DNA of 64,000 nucleotides, taken from contig CAUJHZ010000044.1 in NCBI GenBank assembly GCA_963205185.1, positions 23,640-87,639 of the forward strand, given 5' to 3'. Shown piece after piece: positions 11,487-21,099 of the stretch. The notes below the pieces were generated by a model, which searched no databases, was not told where the DNA came from, and worked only from the letters and a program-made list of their open reading frames with translations. This DNA is from Planctomycetota bacterium (GTDB lineage: Bacteria; Planctomycetota; Phycisphaerae; Phycisphaerales; UBA5793). The stretch's first letter is position 1; each line of letters starts with the position of its first letter. Position numbers and translations under genes: made by a program.

Positions 11487-12506
11487 TCACCGGTCAACAC
11501 CCGCAGGCTTCACGCTGCCGCGCTCCTCGGCGAGCAACTGCGCGATCATGGCTTCGAGACTCGTGATGCGCTCCGTCAGCGCCCTGATCTCCGCCTGCAG
11601 GCTCTGCACGCTGCCGGGATCATTGAACCGACCCGCCACCGCCGGCCCCAGCAGCGCCTTGCCATCCTCGAATTGGATGATTCGCGTCCCGGAGCCACCA
11701 AAGGCCCAGTCCGACAGGTCGGGCGAACTGAACGTCTGGGGGTCAAACATGATCTCACCAGGGCCGCTGGGAAGACTGAAGATCGGATCGACCGCGTTCG
11801 GATCGAGCGCCTCGACCTTCGCCACTTCCACCGAAACCTCCAGCGGCCTGGTCTGCCGGATCAGTCGCAGCTGAATCGTCTCCCCCGGCTCCTTGCTGAG
11901 CACGACATCCTTGAGCGTGTTCTGGTTCACCACCTGCTCGTCGTCCACGGCGGTGATGACGTCGAACTGCAGCACGCCTGACTTGAACGCCGGCATGTCC
12001 TGCACCACGTTGCTCACCAGCAGCGCCTTCTCGGGCTCGATACCCAGATGCGCCGCCAGCGGCGCCGGCACAGGGTCGGTGTAGATGCCGATGGCCACGC
12101 GCGGCGCACCGGAGCCGCGGTACTCGAGCCACGAATTCGGCCGCACCGACGTGATCCGACCGTTCTCTCCCAGCACCACTTCAAACTGTCGCCGCCGCGC
12201 TTCGTCGATGAGCATGACCAGATTGTGCGGCTGCCAGATCACGCGATCGGCCGACAGCGCTTCGCCGTTGAGCGTGACGCGCTTGCCCTTGTCATCCACC
12301 ACGATGGTGAGTTGGCCCACGGGCGGCAGGTTCGCTTCCCATCTGCCCTCGATCGGCTCGGCCGCCTCGATCTGCCGCGTGATGAAGAACTGCCGCGTGA
12401 CCGATTCCTGCGGCGCCCTATCCTCGGCGGTCGGCGGGCCGCTCATCGCCGCCACAGCGGCCAGCGCCATCGCGCCAAGACCCGTACTCGCAAGAATGCT
12501 GTTCAT
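11487..12506 (-). CDS. Secreted PDZ-domain protein
   Basis: A signal peptide (MNSILASTGLGAMALAAVAA) and a PDZ-like segment ..LGIEPEKALLVSNVVQDMPAFKSGVLQFDVITAVDDEQV..GETIQLRLIR. It is the last gene of an ECF sigma / anti-sigma triad. Confidence 0.7.
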   Translation of the reverse strand: MNSILASTGLGAMALAAVAAMSGPPTAEDRAPQESVTRQFFITRQIEAAEPIEGRWEANLPPVGQLTIVVDDKGKRVTLNGEALSADRVIWQPHNLVMLIDEARRRQFEVVLGENGRITSVRPNSWLEYRGSGAPRVAIGIYTDPVPAPLAAHLGIEPEKALLVSNVVQDMPAFKSGVLQFDVITAVDDEQVVNQNTLKDVVLSKEPGETIQLRLIRQTRPLEVSVEVAKVEALDPNAVDPIFSLPSGPGEIMFDPQTFSSPDLSDWAFGGSGTRIIQFEDGKALLGPAVAGRFNDPGSVQSLQAEIRALTERITSLEAMIAQLLAEERGSVKPAGVDR

Positions 12507-12556
12507 TTCAAACCTCCAAGACCACCGGCGCCGCGCTCCCGCGCCCGCCGTTCAAC

Positions 12557-13177
12557 TCAATACAACTGCGACGAAGAGCCGATCGGGCTGCTCACGCGCA
12601 CCGCGCCCGGCCGGCCGTGCTCATCCGTGCTCAGTTCATACAGATTGTCCACCGTCGCCTTCTCGACAAACTGCCGCAGGTACGTCACCTCCGTCGCCCG
12701 CCCGTCCGCCGCCAGATGCGATTCGATCATCACCTTGGGCAGTTCGCGGATGAACCGATCCTCCGCCTTGCTCGCTTCGATGTAGCGCGCCAGCGCATCG
12801 TCAGCCGACAGCGACACGTTCTGCACCGTCGGCGGCGGGAAATTACTTCGCCCCGGCCCACTGCCGGTGATCGTCCACGCAAACACCACCGCCGCGGCCG
12901 CCGCCCAGCCCATCCAACCCGTCCAGCCGACAAAGCGGTACGGCTCGTGCTCCAGCTCATCGGCGCCGGGCGCTTCGATGAGTTCGGCCACGGCGATCTC
13001 GCGCTCGACCGCCAGCGCCAGCGCTGCGCGATCCGCATCCGCCGCCGCCAGCCGGTCCCACACCGCCCCGTCCGCCTGCGCCAGCGCCGAGAGTTGCCGG
13101 AGGTCTTCCGCCCCGGCTCGCCCGTCGATGACGCGGCTGATGAGAATGTCTTCCTGTGATTCCATGGACTCCGTCAT
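12557..13177 (-). CDS. Putative anti-sigma factor (single-pass membrane protein)
   Basis: It lies immediately downstream of the ECF sigma gene. It has a cytoplasmic N-terminal region and one TM helix (WTGWMGWAAAAAVVFAWTI). The call rests on position and architecture only. Confidence 0.55.
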   Translation of the reverse strand: MTESMESQEDILISRVIDGRAGAEDLRQLSALAQADGAVWDRLAAADADRAALALAVEREIAVAELIEAPGADELEHEPYRFVGWTGWMGWAAAAAVVFAWTITGSGPGRSNFPPPTVQNVSLSADDALARYIEASKAEDRFIRELPKVMIESHLAADGRATEVTYLRQFVEKATVDNLYELSTDEHGRPGAVRVSSPIGSSSQLY

Positions 13178-13201
13178 TTCGTCTTTCCCCTTTGAGCAGC
13201 G

Positions 13202-13837
13202 CTACGCCAACTCAGCCTGAGACAGTGATCCAGCCGCGCGCGGCTCGGGCATCGCATCTTCGCGCTCGATCTGCTCGCGAACCATGCGCCTCGCCCTTAC
13301 CAGACGCGTCTCCACCGTCGTTTCCGGCAGATCCAGCACCTCCGCCACCTGCTTCTGCGACATTCCCCGCACCGCCCGCAGTATCAGCGGCTCCCGATAA
13401 GCCGGCGGCAGGCCCTGGGCCGCTTCCATCAGCCTCCGCCCGCGTTCCAGCCGCGCCTCCCGGTCCTTCTCGGCGGCGATCACCCCCGCCTCGGTGCCCG
13501 ACATCGTGTCCAGGTCCTCCACGTCACGCCGCATCCGCAGACGCACCTTTCGCTTGCGCCCGGCGGAGCGCGAAGTGTTGATCGCGATCGTCCGCAGCCA
13601 TGGGCGGATCGCGTTCAGGTCGTTGAGCGTGTGCAGCGAGCGCACCATGAGCAGCGCCACATCCTGCAGCAGGTCTTCCAGATCCGCATCGCGCGGCATG
13701 TGAGCAAGAATCACCGCCGCCACCCAGCGCCGGTGCTCTCGCCACAGCGAATCCACCTCGGACGGGCTCAGTGTCGATGACAAACCGTCCGACACGTGCT
13801 CGTCGGGGGGCGTCGGATTCGAATCCATTCGCTCCAT
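13202..13837 (-). CDS. ECF-type RNA polymerase sigma-70 factor
   Basis: Region 2-like ..DLEDLLQDVALLMVRSL..IRPWLRTIAIN.. and region 4 ..LPPAYREPLILRAVRGMSQKQVAEVLDLPETTVETRLVRARRM. I chose ATG 13837 (MERMDSNP) inside ORF 13202..13972. Confidence 0.85.
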   Translation of the reverse strand: MERMDSNPTPPDEHVSDGLSSTLSPSEVDSLWREHRRWVAAVILAHMPRDADLEDLLQDVALLMVRSLHTLNDLNAIRPWLRTIAINTSRSAGRKRKVRLRMRRDVEDLDTMSGTEAGVIAAEKDREARLERGRRLMEAAQGLPPAYREPLILRAVRGMSQKQVAEVLDLPETTVETRLVRARRMVREQIEREDAMPEPRAAGSLSQAELA

Positions 13838-13940
13838 ACAGACGCTCCACAGCCGCAAATCCGTCGCCCGGCCGCCGTGTCGCTGGCGGCGATCGCTTCT
13901 CGGACTATGGGAGTGTAGGGAGAATGCCCACCCGGCGCGG

Positions 13941-15305
13941 CTAGACCGCCTGCGCCTGCCCCTGCGGCACATCCGCCGCCGGAAGCGCCGAGCGGCCCTG
14001 CCGGTCCAGCATGATCCGCCCGCCGACGATCGTCATCACCGCCCGGCCGCGCACGTCCCAGCCTTCAAACGGCGTGTTGCGCGACTTGCCCGGGAAATCC
14101 GCCGCCTTGATCGTCCAGCGCAGCTCCGGGTCGATCACCGTCACATCCGCCGGCGAGCCGATCGTCAGCGATCCCAATCCCCGCCCCGGTCCATCCCCCG
14201 GCGCATCCAGATTGCACAGCCGCGCGGCATTGACAGTCATCAGTTCGATCAGCCGCGGCCAGCCGATCGTCTGCGTGTCGATGAGCGCCTTGATGTACAG
14301 CGCCAGCGCCGTCTCGAGCCCGACGATGCCGAACGGCGCGCGATCAAACGGCAGGGCCTTGCGCTCGGCCGTGTGCGGCGCATGATCCGTCGCCAGCACC
14401 GTGATCGTCCCGTCGGCCACGCCCTCGCGCACCGCCCGCACATCGGCCGCGCTGCGCAGCGGCGGGTTCATCTTCGCCATCGTGTTGTAGCCTTCGCACG
14501 CCTCATCCGTTAGCAGCAGGTGATGCGGCGAAGCCTCCGCGCTCACCGGCTGACCTTCCGCCCGCGCCCGCCGCACGATCTCCACCGCGCCCGCGCACGA
14601 GAGGTGCTGCACGTGGTAGCGGCAGCCGATGCTGCGATTGATCCGGATGTCGCGCTCGATGATGAGTTCTTCCGCGACGCTCGGCCAGCCGATCAGCCCC
14701 AGCCGCGTCGCCGTCGGCCCGGCGTTCATCACCGCGCCGCGCGTCAGCGTCGGCTCCTGGCAGTGCTGCATGAGCGCCAGCCCCGTCAGGCGGATCTGCG
14801 TCAGGGCCCGCCGCATCATCGCCGGCGATTCCACCACGTCGCCGTCATCGCTGAAGCCCACCGCCCCGGCCCGCGACATGAGCCGGATCTCCGCCAGTTC
14901 CTCGCCTTTGCGCCCGACCGTCACCGCGCCCACCGCAAACACCCGGCAGCGGCCGCGCAACTCCGCCTGCCGGTTGACGAACTCGACCATCACCCGGCTG
15001 TCGAGCGCCGGATTCGTATTGGGCATGCAGCACAGCGTCGTGAATCCGCCATCCACCCCCGCCGCGGTCCCCGTCGCGATCGATTCGGCATCTTCAAAGC
15101 CCGGCTCGCGCAGGTGCACGTGCGGGTCGATCAGCCCGGGAGTGACGTAGCAGCCCGAAACGTCGATGCGTTCATCATCCGCGCGCGGCGGCAGGGGGGC
15201 GCCGACATGCACAACCCGCCCCGATTCGACGACAACATCGCCCGGCCCATCCACGCCATTGGCTGGATCAATCACGTGCCCGGCGCTGAGAACAAGGCGA
15301 CCCAT
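13941..15305 (-). CDS. pyrC: Dihydroorotase
   Basis: ..VTPGLIDPHVHLREPG..TLCCMPNT..VQHLSCAG..SAEASPHHLLL..MNPPLR..VLATDHAPH. ATG 15305 (MGRLVLSAG) is preceded by GGAGGA. Confidence 0.92.
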   Translation of the reverse strand: MGRLVLSAGHVIDPANGVDGPGDVVVESGRVVHVGAPLPPRADDERIDVSGCYVTPGLIDPHVHLREPGFEDAESIATGTAAGVDGGFTTLCCMPNTNPALDSRVMVEFVNRQAELRGRCRVFAVGAVTVGRKGEELAEIRLMSRAGAVGFSDDGDVVESPAMMRRALTQIRLTGLALMQHCQEPTLTRGAVMNAGPTATRLGLIGWPSVAEELIIERDIRINRSIGCRYHVQHLSCAGAVEIVRRARAEGQPVSAEASPHHLLLTDEACEGYNTMAKMNPPLRSAADVRAVREGVADGTITVLATDHAPHTAERKALPFDRAPFGIVGLETALALYIKALIDTQTIGWPRLIELMTVNAARLCNLDAPGDGPGRGLGSLTIGSPADVTVIDPELRWTIKAADFPGKSRNTPFEGWDVRGRAVMTIVGGRIMLDRQGRSALPAADVPQGQAQAV

Positions 15306-15344
15306 CGGCTGCGGCTCCTCCAGTTCGCCCCCATCATAGCGGCA

Positions 15345-15553
15345 GCCGCGGCGAAGCGCCGAGAGAGGTGAGAGGAGACGGGAGAGCTGGAGAGCCGAAC
15401 TGGCTTGCTGCCTCGGCGCCTCGATGCCTTTCCCTAATGCCAAGTGCCTAATGCCTCGCCGCGATGCCTCGATGCCTCGATGCCTCGATGCCTTTCCCTA
15501 GTGCCTAGTGCCTAGCGCCTAATGCCTAATGCCAAGTGCCTAATGCCTCTCCA
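15345..15553 (-). repeat. 3' module of cassette locus 1: AGGCAY heptamer array plus a pyrimidine-rich tail
   Basis: Read on the gene strand there are about 20 tandem 7-nt units (taggcac/taggcat/gaggcat...), then ctctcacctctctcggcgcttcgccg. It is homologous to 25719..25853 and 40888..41129. Confidence 0.85.
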
Positions 15554-16933
15554 CTACTCGAACTCCCAAACCACCAACTGGCTGATGGCGCACTCGTTCT
15601 GGACGACAGCTTGGAAGAGGATGGTCTGGCCGCGGGCGACGAGGGGGACGGGGCGGGTGATGGAGGCAACGCCGTTGGCGTCGGCGACGGCGGTGCCGAT
15701 GACCGTCGGCTGATCGAGTTGCAGGGCATTCTGCTGCAGGTCGCAGCCGGGGATGCGCGTGCCGCCGCCGTGGCGGGAGTAGAGGAAGACAACCCGCGCG
15801 CCGGGCGTCACGCCAGTCACGGTGATCGTATTGGCGACTCCCGCCGTGCCCGGCGTGGGTGTGGACAGTTCCAATGTCGGGTAGACCGGCGACATCAGAA
15901 ACGCTGTGGAAGTTCCTGGATGATCGACGAAGTAGCCCGTTCCTGAGATCTGGCCCGCATCGTTGATGTCCCATGCAAACTCCGTGCGCCATCGACATTT
16001 CGCCGGCAGCAGGTCGTCGAGTTTGCGTATACCTCGTGCGGGAGCCCAGATGAAGCCGACATTGCGCATTCCCTCGCGCGTCGCCCGGCCAACGACATGG
16101 CCATGCCGATTGATCGCGTATCCAAGGGTACCGACAGTCCCTGGCGGCTTGCCGAGGTCGTACATGCGGCCGCGGAACCAGATGAATGCGAATCGACGTT
16201 CCGAGTAGAAGTCAACATCGGAGCTGCCCACGACGTAGCCTGCGTTGTTTAGGCCGCTTGCGAACGCCTGGCCAACATCTCCCGCGCGGAGCGTTCCCAG
16301 ATCCGACATTTCGCCGTTGTACCAGGTCACGGCCCGCCACCCGTGGTAAGCGGCGCTCCACGCCTGTCCGACGATCAAGCCATCCTCATTGATATCCCGG
16401 GCTTCACTTCCGTTGCCTTCGAAGTCGCCCAGATCAATCATCGCGCCGTTTGTCCAGCAGAATGCTCGACGATCTCGCACGCCTGGAATCAGCTCCGACC
16501 ATCCAACGACTTGCCCGTTGTTCGAGATCTCATTGGCTTCGACCCAGTCACCACCCAGTGACCCGATGTCCTCCATCTGGCCATCGCGCCAGAGAAAGCC
16601 GCGGCTGTTGAATCCAGTTCCGCCAAGCGGATTCGACCAACCAGTGACCCAGTCGTTGTCATTTACAGCAAACGCCTGGCTATCGGTGCCTCCCAACGTG
16701 CTCAGATCGATAGGTTCCGTTTCGATCCACAGCGTTGCATGAAAGACGTTCTCCGGGAGAAAGGCGCCGCCTACTACATGGCCATGCTCATTAATTCCGT
16801 AGCCGGCGCTATCTGATCCACCAAGGGACGGCAGAGCGAAGAAGGCGTACTCGGGCGGCTGCTGAGCACATACACCGCCCGCGCGGAACGCAAGCAACAC
16901 TGAGCCGGCGACGAGAAACATTCGATGTCCCAT
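15554..16933 (-). CDS. Secreted HAF-repeat protein with a type-A conserved C-terminal domain (paralog 1)
   Basis: Repeats of ..AF.W..G.M.DLG.LGG..S.A..IN..GQVVG. ATG 16933 is preceded by GGAGG and gives a signal peptide (MGHRMFLVAGSVLLAFRAGGVCAQQ). The C-terminus is ..TPGARVVFLYSRHGGGTRIPGCDLQQNALQLDQPTVIG..ECAISQLVVWEFE. Confidence 0.85.
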   Translation of the reverse strand: MGHRMFLVAGSVLLAFRAGGVCAQQPPEYAFFALPSLGGSDSAGYGINEHGHVVGGAFLPENVFHATLWIETEPIDLSTLGGTDSQAFAVNDNDWVTGWSNPLGGTGFNSRGFLWRDGQMEDIGSLGGDWVEANEISNNGQVVGWSELIPGVRDRRAFCWTNGAMIDLGDFEGNGSEARDINEDGLIVGQAWSAAYHGWRAVTWYNGEMSDLGTLRAGDVGQAFASGLNNAGYVVGSSDVDFYSERRFAFIWFRGRMYDLGKPPGTVGTLGYAINRHGHVVGRATREGMRNVGFIWAPARGIRKLDDLLPAKCRWRTEFAWDINDAGQISGTGYFVDHPGTSTAFLMSPVYPTLELSTPTPGTAGVANTITVTGVTPGARVVFLYSRHGGGTRIPGCDLQQNALQLDQPTVIGTAVADANGVASITRPVPLVARGQTILFQAVVQNECAISQLVVWEFE

Positions 16934-17004
16934 GATGGAACCTCCAATCGGACTTCGATGAAAGCGCCGGCGCATGCTCTAGCACTCGCCGGCGAGAACA
17001 AGAG

Positions 17005-19620
17005 TCACTGACACTGAGGACATGCCGTACCATGAGGTGTGAAGTCGCTGATGAAATACTCGTCGCTCACGTCATCATGGAACTCGTCAAAACACTTCGT
17101 CAGCAATCGAGTCCGGTATTCCTCACACACCCCATTGGCGAGAAACGTCGCGGTGTCGTAGATGAAGCTCGGCTGCGGCTGCATCCAGGTCTGTCCATAG
17201 CACGCCACGGTGAAACCGGCACTACTCAGTGCCTCGAGGACCGCCGCCATGCCGAAGGACTCGTTCTGGCCGAATTGCGCCACGCGCCAACTCGTGACGA
17301 AGTCATCCCAGGACATGCCGGGAGGATCGTTGCAGCCGTTGTCCTTGTGGAACTTGCTGAATCTGAGCAAGTTGTTGGTGTACCAGTCACTGCCATTGTC
17401 AACCTTGGGCCTCCACTCCAAGGCGACTGCGAGATTCGGCGGAGTCCACGGAGGCGGGTCGAATGGGCTGATACCCTTGAGCCGATGTGCTGCCGAAACG
17501 GCGTCATCGGGATAGTCCCAGATGGTGTGCATGTCGAAGTACATCTGGCGACCATTCACCCAGTCGGATACCTCCGAAACGAGATACCGGTGTGGGTTGT
17601 CATTCTCATATCCGTCATTGACGGCCGTTTGGCTCACCGCAGCTGAGATCATGCGCAGGGGCCGACCCGCGAGAGCCGAGCCCTCCAGCGTCGCCCACAT
17701 CTGCGCATCAAGCCAATCGAGAATTGTGGCGTTCGCCAGTTCATAGCAGGCCTGATTCTGTATTTGGCCGAACGAGAGAGGTTCGCCACAACTACCGCCG
17801 AGTTCTCCGGTACGGAAGTAGTACTGGCCGGCTCCACCAAAAGCCTCGTTGCCGAACTGCACCCAGTCGATGCAGCGCGCGTACTTATAGCCGAACTCCC
17901 GCAAGTCGCCGAGAATCAAGTCTCGCTGTGCTGTCGTCGTTGGCAAGAAGTCAAACTGCTCGCTCTCTGACCCTTCCAGCGTCGATCGCATCCAGACCAC
18001 GATCTCACGCTGCCAGTCGTCGCCGCGGGCCCAGCGCTCGATGTCTGTACGGAAGCTACATTCATCCATCTGCGGATCGAGAATCTCGTTGAGCACGTAC
18101 TCGCCTTCCGGCCAGGAGTCATTGGGCAGCGCGAGCAGGTGAAGAGCAAGGCGGACCGCCTGAGTGTGAGGGATGTCGTGGGCGGCGCTATCAGAGTACC
18201 CGGCCGCATGCAGACCGACGCGCATGCCCACGTACGTATCTTCATCCACCTCGATCGACTCAGCCCAATCGATGAGCCAGTTCCCGTTCGTGTCGTCTTC
18301 GGCGCCGGTCGCGATCTCGTACACATCTGATTCGTGGTCGTTGTCCACGTCATACGGCACGAGTTTGAAGGCCACCCAGTCGCCGCCGCTGCCGAGTTGG
18401 CCCACCCCGACGATTTCGCCGGCATCGTTGATATCGGTACAGCGCATGTTGATCATGTTGCTCGGCAGGCCGAGGCTCATCGACGTCAGGTCGATCTGCT
18501 CGCCCGTGCCGGATGCAACGCTCGTCGAAACCCAGAGATACTTGTCGCCGACGATCTCGGGGTTCGCCTGATCGTTGATCGCTTCTGGAATGAAGACTGG
18601 CGAGGCGGCCAGGCTCACGCCCGTCCACTCGTCGCCGATCTCGTCGTAGTACCAGTGGATCGTGTCACTGATCGAGTCGCTGGTGAGCAGGCCGCCGATG
18701 ATCACGCCATCGTCATTGACGTCGACGGCGAAGCCGACATCCGATCCGGTGATGCCTGTGAGGTCTTCGACCTGCCATCCTCCACTGTAGTACCAGACCA
18801 CCGCCTGATACCTCGAACTGGCGTCCTGGCGTTGGCCGACGGCAAGACTCCCTAACGGCGCGGTGTTGAGCGTGATGCCCACTGCGTTGGTTCCGCTGCC
18901 GTTTGGAAGCGCGGGAAGCGGAACAGGTTGATTTGCACTATCCCACCAGCCGACGGGAGTGCCGTTCACCGATGTTCCCACGACAACGCCCTGGTTGTTG
19001 ATGTCCTTGGCATAGCCGTCGTTGGTGCCGATCTGTGTGAGCGTGCCGGCATAGGTGCTGGTCAGCGCGAGGAAGAATGCCTTGGGGCCGGAATTGCTGC
19101 GCGTGCCGCAGATCTCCAGTTCATCGTTGATGCCCCGCAGACCGGCGTTGTCGAGAATGATGTCACCCGAGCCGTCTTCGAGCGGTCCCTGCCAGCCGTC
19201 TGTGTACATCTCGTCGTACCAGATGTAGCCGTAGTTGTTGCTGCCGTTGTTCATCGTGGCGACGACGACCCCATCATTGTTCATGTGCACGCCCGGGTCG
19301 GGCAGAAGCGTGCAACCACTGGGCAGCGGGATGCGCACGAGCACGAACGGCTTGAAGATGGGCGCGGTCATCGAGGCAACCTCTTCCGCCGCGCTGGTCG
19401 CCGAACCGGCGGCAGCCGCGGCTTCCACCCCGACTGTCGGTGCGGCCCACCTTCCCTCTGAACTGGCCGCCGAGTTGGCGTGCCACACGGTTTCACCCGC
19501 AGCCGACAGCAGGATCGTACTGGCTCCGAGCAGCGAGATGGTCGAGAATCCACCGTGAACGCGCTTGAAAGGACGTCTCAGAGGACGCCTCCTTCGAAGA
19601 AGGCGGCGACGAATGGCCAT
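17005..19620 (-). CDS. Large secreted protein: HAF-like repeats, a possible (beta/alpha)8 hydrolase-like region and a Cys-rich C-terminal module
   Basis: I chose ATG 19620 (MAIRRRLLRRRRPL..FSTISLLGASTILLSAAG signal) because the region upstream is a conserved non-coding leader. The N-terminal half has ..INN.GVVVG.. repeats, the middle has ..WVQFGNEAFGG.., and the end is ..LSSAGFTVAC..VSDEYFISDFTPHGTACPQCQ. Confidence 0.75.
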   Translation of the reverse strand: MAIRRRLLRRRRPLRRPFKRVHGGFSTISLLGASTILLSAAGETVWHANSAASSEGRWAAPTVGVEAAAAAGSATSAAEEVASMTAPIFKPFVLVRIPLPSGCTLLPDPGVHMNNDGVVVATMNNGSNNYGYIWYDEMYTDGWQGPLEDGSGDIILDNAGLRGINDELEICGTRSNSGPKAFFLALTSTYAGTLTQIGTNDGYAKDINNQGVVVGTSVNGTPVGWWDSANQPVPLPALPNGSGTNAVGITLNTAPLGSLAVGQRQDASSRYQAVVWYYSGGWQVEDLTGITGSDVGFAVDVNDDGVIIGGLLTSDSISDTIHWYYDEIGDEWTGVSLAASPVFIPEAINDQANPEIVGDKYLWVSTSVASGTGEQIDLTSMSLGLPSNMINMRCTDINDAGEIVGVGQLGSGGDWVAFKLVPYDVDNDHESDVYEIATGAEDDTNGNWLIDWAESIEVDEDTYVGMRVGLHAAGYSDSAAHDIPHTQAVRLALHLLALPNDSWPEGEYVLNEILDPQMDECSFRTDIERWARGDDWQREIVVWMRSTLEGSESEQFDFLPTTTAQRDLILGDLREFGYKYARCIDWVQFGNEAFGGAGQYYFRTGELGGSCGEPLSFGQIQNQACYELANATILDWLDAQMWATLEGSALAGRPLRMISAAVSQTAVNDGYENDNPHRYLVSEVSDWVNGRQMYFDMHTIWDYPDDAVSAAHRLKGISPFDPPPWTPPNLAVALEWRPKVDNGSDWYTNNLLRFSKFHKDNGCNDPPGMSWDDFVTSWRVAQFGQNESFGMAAVLEALSSAGFTVACYGQTWMQPQPSFIYDTATFLANGVCEEYRTRLLTKCFDEFHDDVSDEYFISDFTPHGTACPQCQ

Positions 19621-19700
19621 CGACAAGACGGCGACTCCATCTATCGAAACACCGACTGAGATTGGCGGCCGTAGCCTCTGCAACGGACGGCCCCCCAGAC

Positions 19701-20015
19701 CAATGGACGACAGCACTTCGAGACGCTGCTCCAACCTACCAGCAGACGGCCGCATCGTCGAGAGCAAAGCGATAAAGCGACACTCGATCAGGGTGGATTT
19801 CTTGCGCCGAACACGCTGTGGTTGAGTGAAAATCTGCGCACCAGCGCGCATCTCCCGCACCTTCTCGCCTTGAAATCACCGCGCGGCGAGCCACAATCGA
19901 GGCGTCGGTGGCGGACATGACGAATTGCGAACCCCGGACGTGCCGGGTACAGGGCGCCGCGAGGCGCCGGGAGATTGATTGTGAAGGTGGTGGTGACGCG
20001 AACGCTGGCTGGTGG
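19701..20015 (-). repeat. 5' module of cassette locus 1 (conserved leader, promoter region and a 35-nt copy of the 5' end of the 2-hydroxyacid dehydrogenase gene)
   Basis: It is the reverse complement of 23628..23941 with only a handful of mismatches. Positions 19981..20015 (gtgaaggtggtggtgacgcgaacgctggctggtgg) are identical to the first 35 nt of CDS 22676..23662. Confidence 0.85.
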
Positions 20016-20037
20016 GGGCGTCGCCAGCCGTGGGTCT

Positions 20038-21099
20038 TCAACCCTGTGCCGCGAGCATTTCATCGCACGCGCGGCAGACCAGATCGAGCGCGATCTCCGT
20101 CATCGGCTCGCCGCCGGTACTGATCTGCTTCTCGCGCGGGTACTCAATCTGCGCCCAGCGCGGGTCCGTCGGACCGAAGAGCGACACGATGCCCAGCCGC
20201 GGCCCCTCCGCATGGCCTGACTCCTGCGCGTCCATCGCGCTTGCCGCGGCGATGTGCCGCGTGCCGGTGTCGTTGGTCACCAGCAGTCGGGCCCGCGATG
20301 TCACATATTTCAGCGGCCCGAGCGCGATGCCGGCCTGCACGAGGTTCACCGGCTGCGATGCAGCGCTGCGGCAGATCGACTCGATCAGATCGCCTTCGCG
20401 CGGCGAGCCGTTCACGAGCACGCGCAGCCCGTGCCGCTGCGCCAGATGATCGGCCAGGCTGGCAAATCGATCAGCAGGCCAGCGCTTTTCGGCCTTGCTT
20501 GCGCCGGGATTCAATATCGCGTAGCCCGCGCGGGCCGAGACGCCGGCGCGTTCGAGGATTTCCTCTGCAGCGCGCTGCTGCTCGGGCGAAGCGCGCAGAC
20601 TCATGCGCCGATCATCTGCGGCGAGCCCGAGTGTGCGGCCGATGGCGAGGTAATAGTCGATCGCGGGTATCGGCTGCTTCCATCCACCCGGCGCCGGGCT
20701 GGGCAGCGGGTGCGTGAGCATCCAGCCGCGCGCTTCGCGGTTGTAGCCGATGCGGATGGGAATGCCCGCGAGCCGGACCGTCGCAGCGAGTCGCCAACTG
20801 TTGGGCAGCAGGATGGCCGCATCGCACCGCGCCGTCGTCAGCCGCCGCCCTTCGCGCCACGGCCCGGTGGCGCCCTCGGGCCGGCCGACGATCATCTCAT
20901 CGAGCAGACCGCCGCCGTCGAGCAGTTCATCGAGGCCGTGCCGCATGTAACCCACCAGCCGAAGGTGGCGCGACTGCGCATTGGTGCGCAGCGCGCGGAG
21001 CAGCGGCGTGGCCATCGTCGCATCGCCGACCCACGACGGCAGGATGATCAGCAGGCGCTCGAGAGCAGCCCAGTCGAGTGCGGCAGCGGCGCGACTCAT
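20038..21099 (-). CDS. Glycosyltransferase family 9 (ADP-heptose:LPS heptosyltransferase-like)
   Basis: ..LIILPSWVGDATMATPLLRALR.., ..AILNPGASKAEKRWP.. and ..LVTNDTGTRHIAAA.. are typical of the GT9 heptosyltransferase pattern. It is adjacent to gmhB. Confidence 0.85.
   Translation of the reverse strand: MSRAAAALDWAALERLLIILPSWVGDATMATPLLRALRTNAQSRHLRLVGYMRHGLDELLDGGGLLDEMIVGRPEGATGPWREGRRLTTARCDAAILLPNSWRLAATVRLAGIPIRIGYNREARGWMLTHPLPSPAPGGWKQPIPAIDYYLAIGRTLGLAADDRRMSLRASPEQQRAAEEILERAGVSARAGYAILNPGASKAEKRWPADRFASLADHLAQRHGLRVLVNGSPREGDLIESICRSAASQPVNLVQAGIALGPLKYVTSRARLLVTNDTGTRHIAAASAMDAQESGHAEGPRLGIVSLFGPTDPRWAQIEYPREKQISTGGEPMTEIALDLVCRACDEMLAAQG

Noticed and set aside
15554-15800. A diversity-generating retroelement (TR/VR) explanation for the repeated C-terminal domains
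   Set aside because: There is no reverse transcriptase gene in the window. The differences between copies are not confined to adenine positions of one copy. The repeats are the conserved parts of the genes, not the variable parts.
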